Shown piece by piece: positions 63,101-64,000 of a stretch of 64,000 bases of DNA. Source of the stretch: Blasia pusilla (Eukaryota). The translations under genes and the position numbers were made by a program. The notes under the pieces are model-generated. The model was not told where the DNA came from. It made no database searches and saw only the letters and a program-made list of their open reading frames with translations. Within the stretch, counting starts at the first letter, position 1; every line of letters begins with the position of its first letter. The stretch lies in contig CM114271.1 of assembly GCA_050084515.1 (NCBI GenBank), positions 21,638,001-21,702,000 of the forward strand. The letters are read 5' to 3'.

Positions 63101-64000
63101 TTACTTTTATACTTTCATATCTTATTTCTTATCTTGTTTTCCTTAAGTTGGGCTCACACAAATAGAACACTATAAAAATGTTTAAATATGTAAAATTTAT
63201 TTTTTAAGAGAAATTACTTAATAATTATAAAACTCTTTGTAGCATTAATAAGATAAGAGTTTACAGAATGGATCATTTTACTATACAACAATGAAGTGTA
63301 GTTACTTTCCAATGGGGTTTGTGATTTGAGATGGGAGTTGTTGGCCATTGGGAGTTTGGAAAGAGTTTTTTTACTTGCTAGTACTTTGGCCAATGGTGTT
63401 GAGATGGGTGATATTCGCCATCTTTACATTATAGCCAATACCCTCAATGACATGAGACAATCTAGAAAGAAGTCATAGAGGAGGAGACGCATATGTAGAT
63501 GCGGATGGGAGGTTCGACATGATGCTCGAGGAGATTGTAATACCATGGAGGTTGCTGCACCACATGGAGTAGTTAGTGTTAACTATGTAGTAGAGTGATG
63601 GCATGCGAGCTCAGCTTATCCAAGCTAGTTTGAAAGGTTGAGGATGAGCATGAGTGTTGAGTGTGCATGAGGCCGTGTGTGTCATCACTCGGTTAGCATT
63701 AACGTAGATGAGCTAGTGAGGAGTGTGGGAGACTCTCGGTGAGTTTGAGTGCTTGAGTGTGTGAGGTAAGGTTGTCATCACAACGTTCTGCCCGAGTAGG
63801 GGGAGAACGAAGTAGTTCGATCAATGGTAGTGGATTTACATGGAGTGGAGTGAAGTATCAAGGGGTTTTGAGTGAGTAACCACCCCGACTCCCATATGTG
63901 GCTGGATCGTCATCATTGGATATCGAGTTTGGTGACAAGATTGCAAATGGAGATAATTTCATGTGGAGGGGGATGGAGAACATGAGCAACCAAGGCATGC

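Noticed and set aside
1-64000. CRISPR arrays, operons or other prokaryotic systems
   Set aside because: No regularly spaced repeat-spacer array is present. The genes have spliceosomal introns and the window is eukaryotic.

Overview
This is repeat-rich land-plant nuclear DNA; it looks bryophyte/liverwort-like, but that is inference only. I could reconstruct three intact spliced genes by hand. They are a two-RRM, Gly/Tyr-rich hnRNP-A/B-like RNA-binding protein (minus, 7175-9311, 6 exons), a plastid S1-domain protein of the PDE338/RLSB/BSF type (minus, 24635-28754, 8 exons) and the PCI-domain TREX-2 subunit EER5/THP1/PCID2 (plus, 51205-55391, 13 exons). There is also one tRNA-Ala(AGC) gene. The rest is mostly decayed transposons: Helitron helicase, CRE-like non-LTR elements, Copia RNase H, Ty3/Gypsy pol and PIF/Harbinger-superfamily (PHIS) elements. 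Two features stand out. (1) From 29.3 to 42.8 kb, PHIS elements with AGGG...CCCT ends abut end to end at CT-AWT-AG junctions. The element ends rebuild the apparent target site, which suggests a self-regenerating landing pad. (2) A Gypsy pol has an integrase that ends in a C4HC3 PHD finger instead of a chromodomain. All family assignments come from motif recognition by eye; no database search was run.
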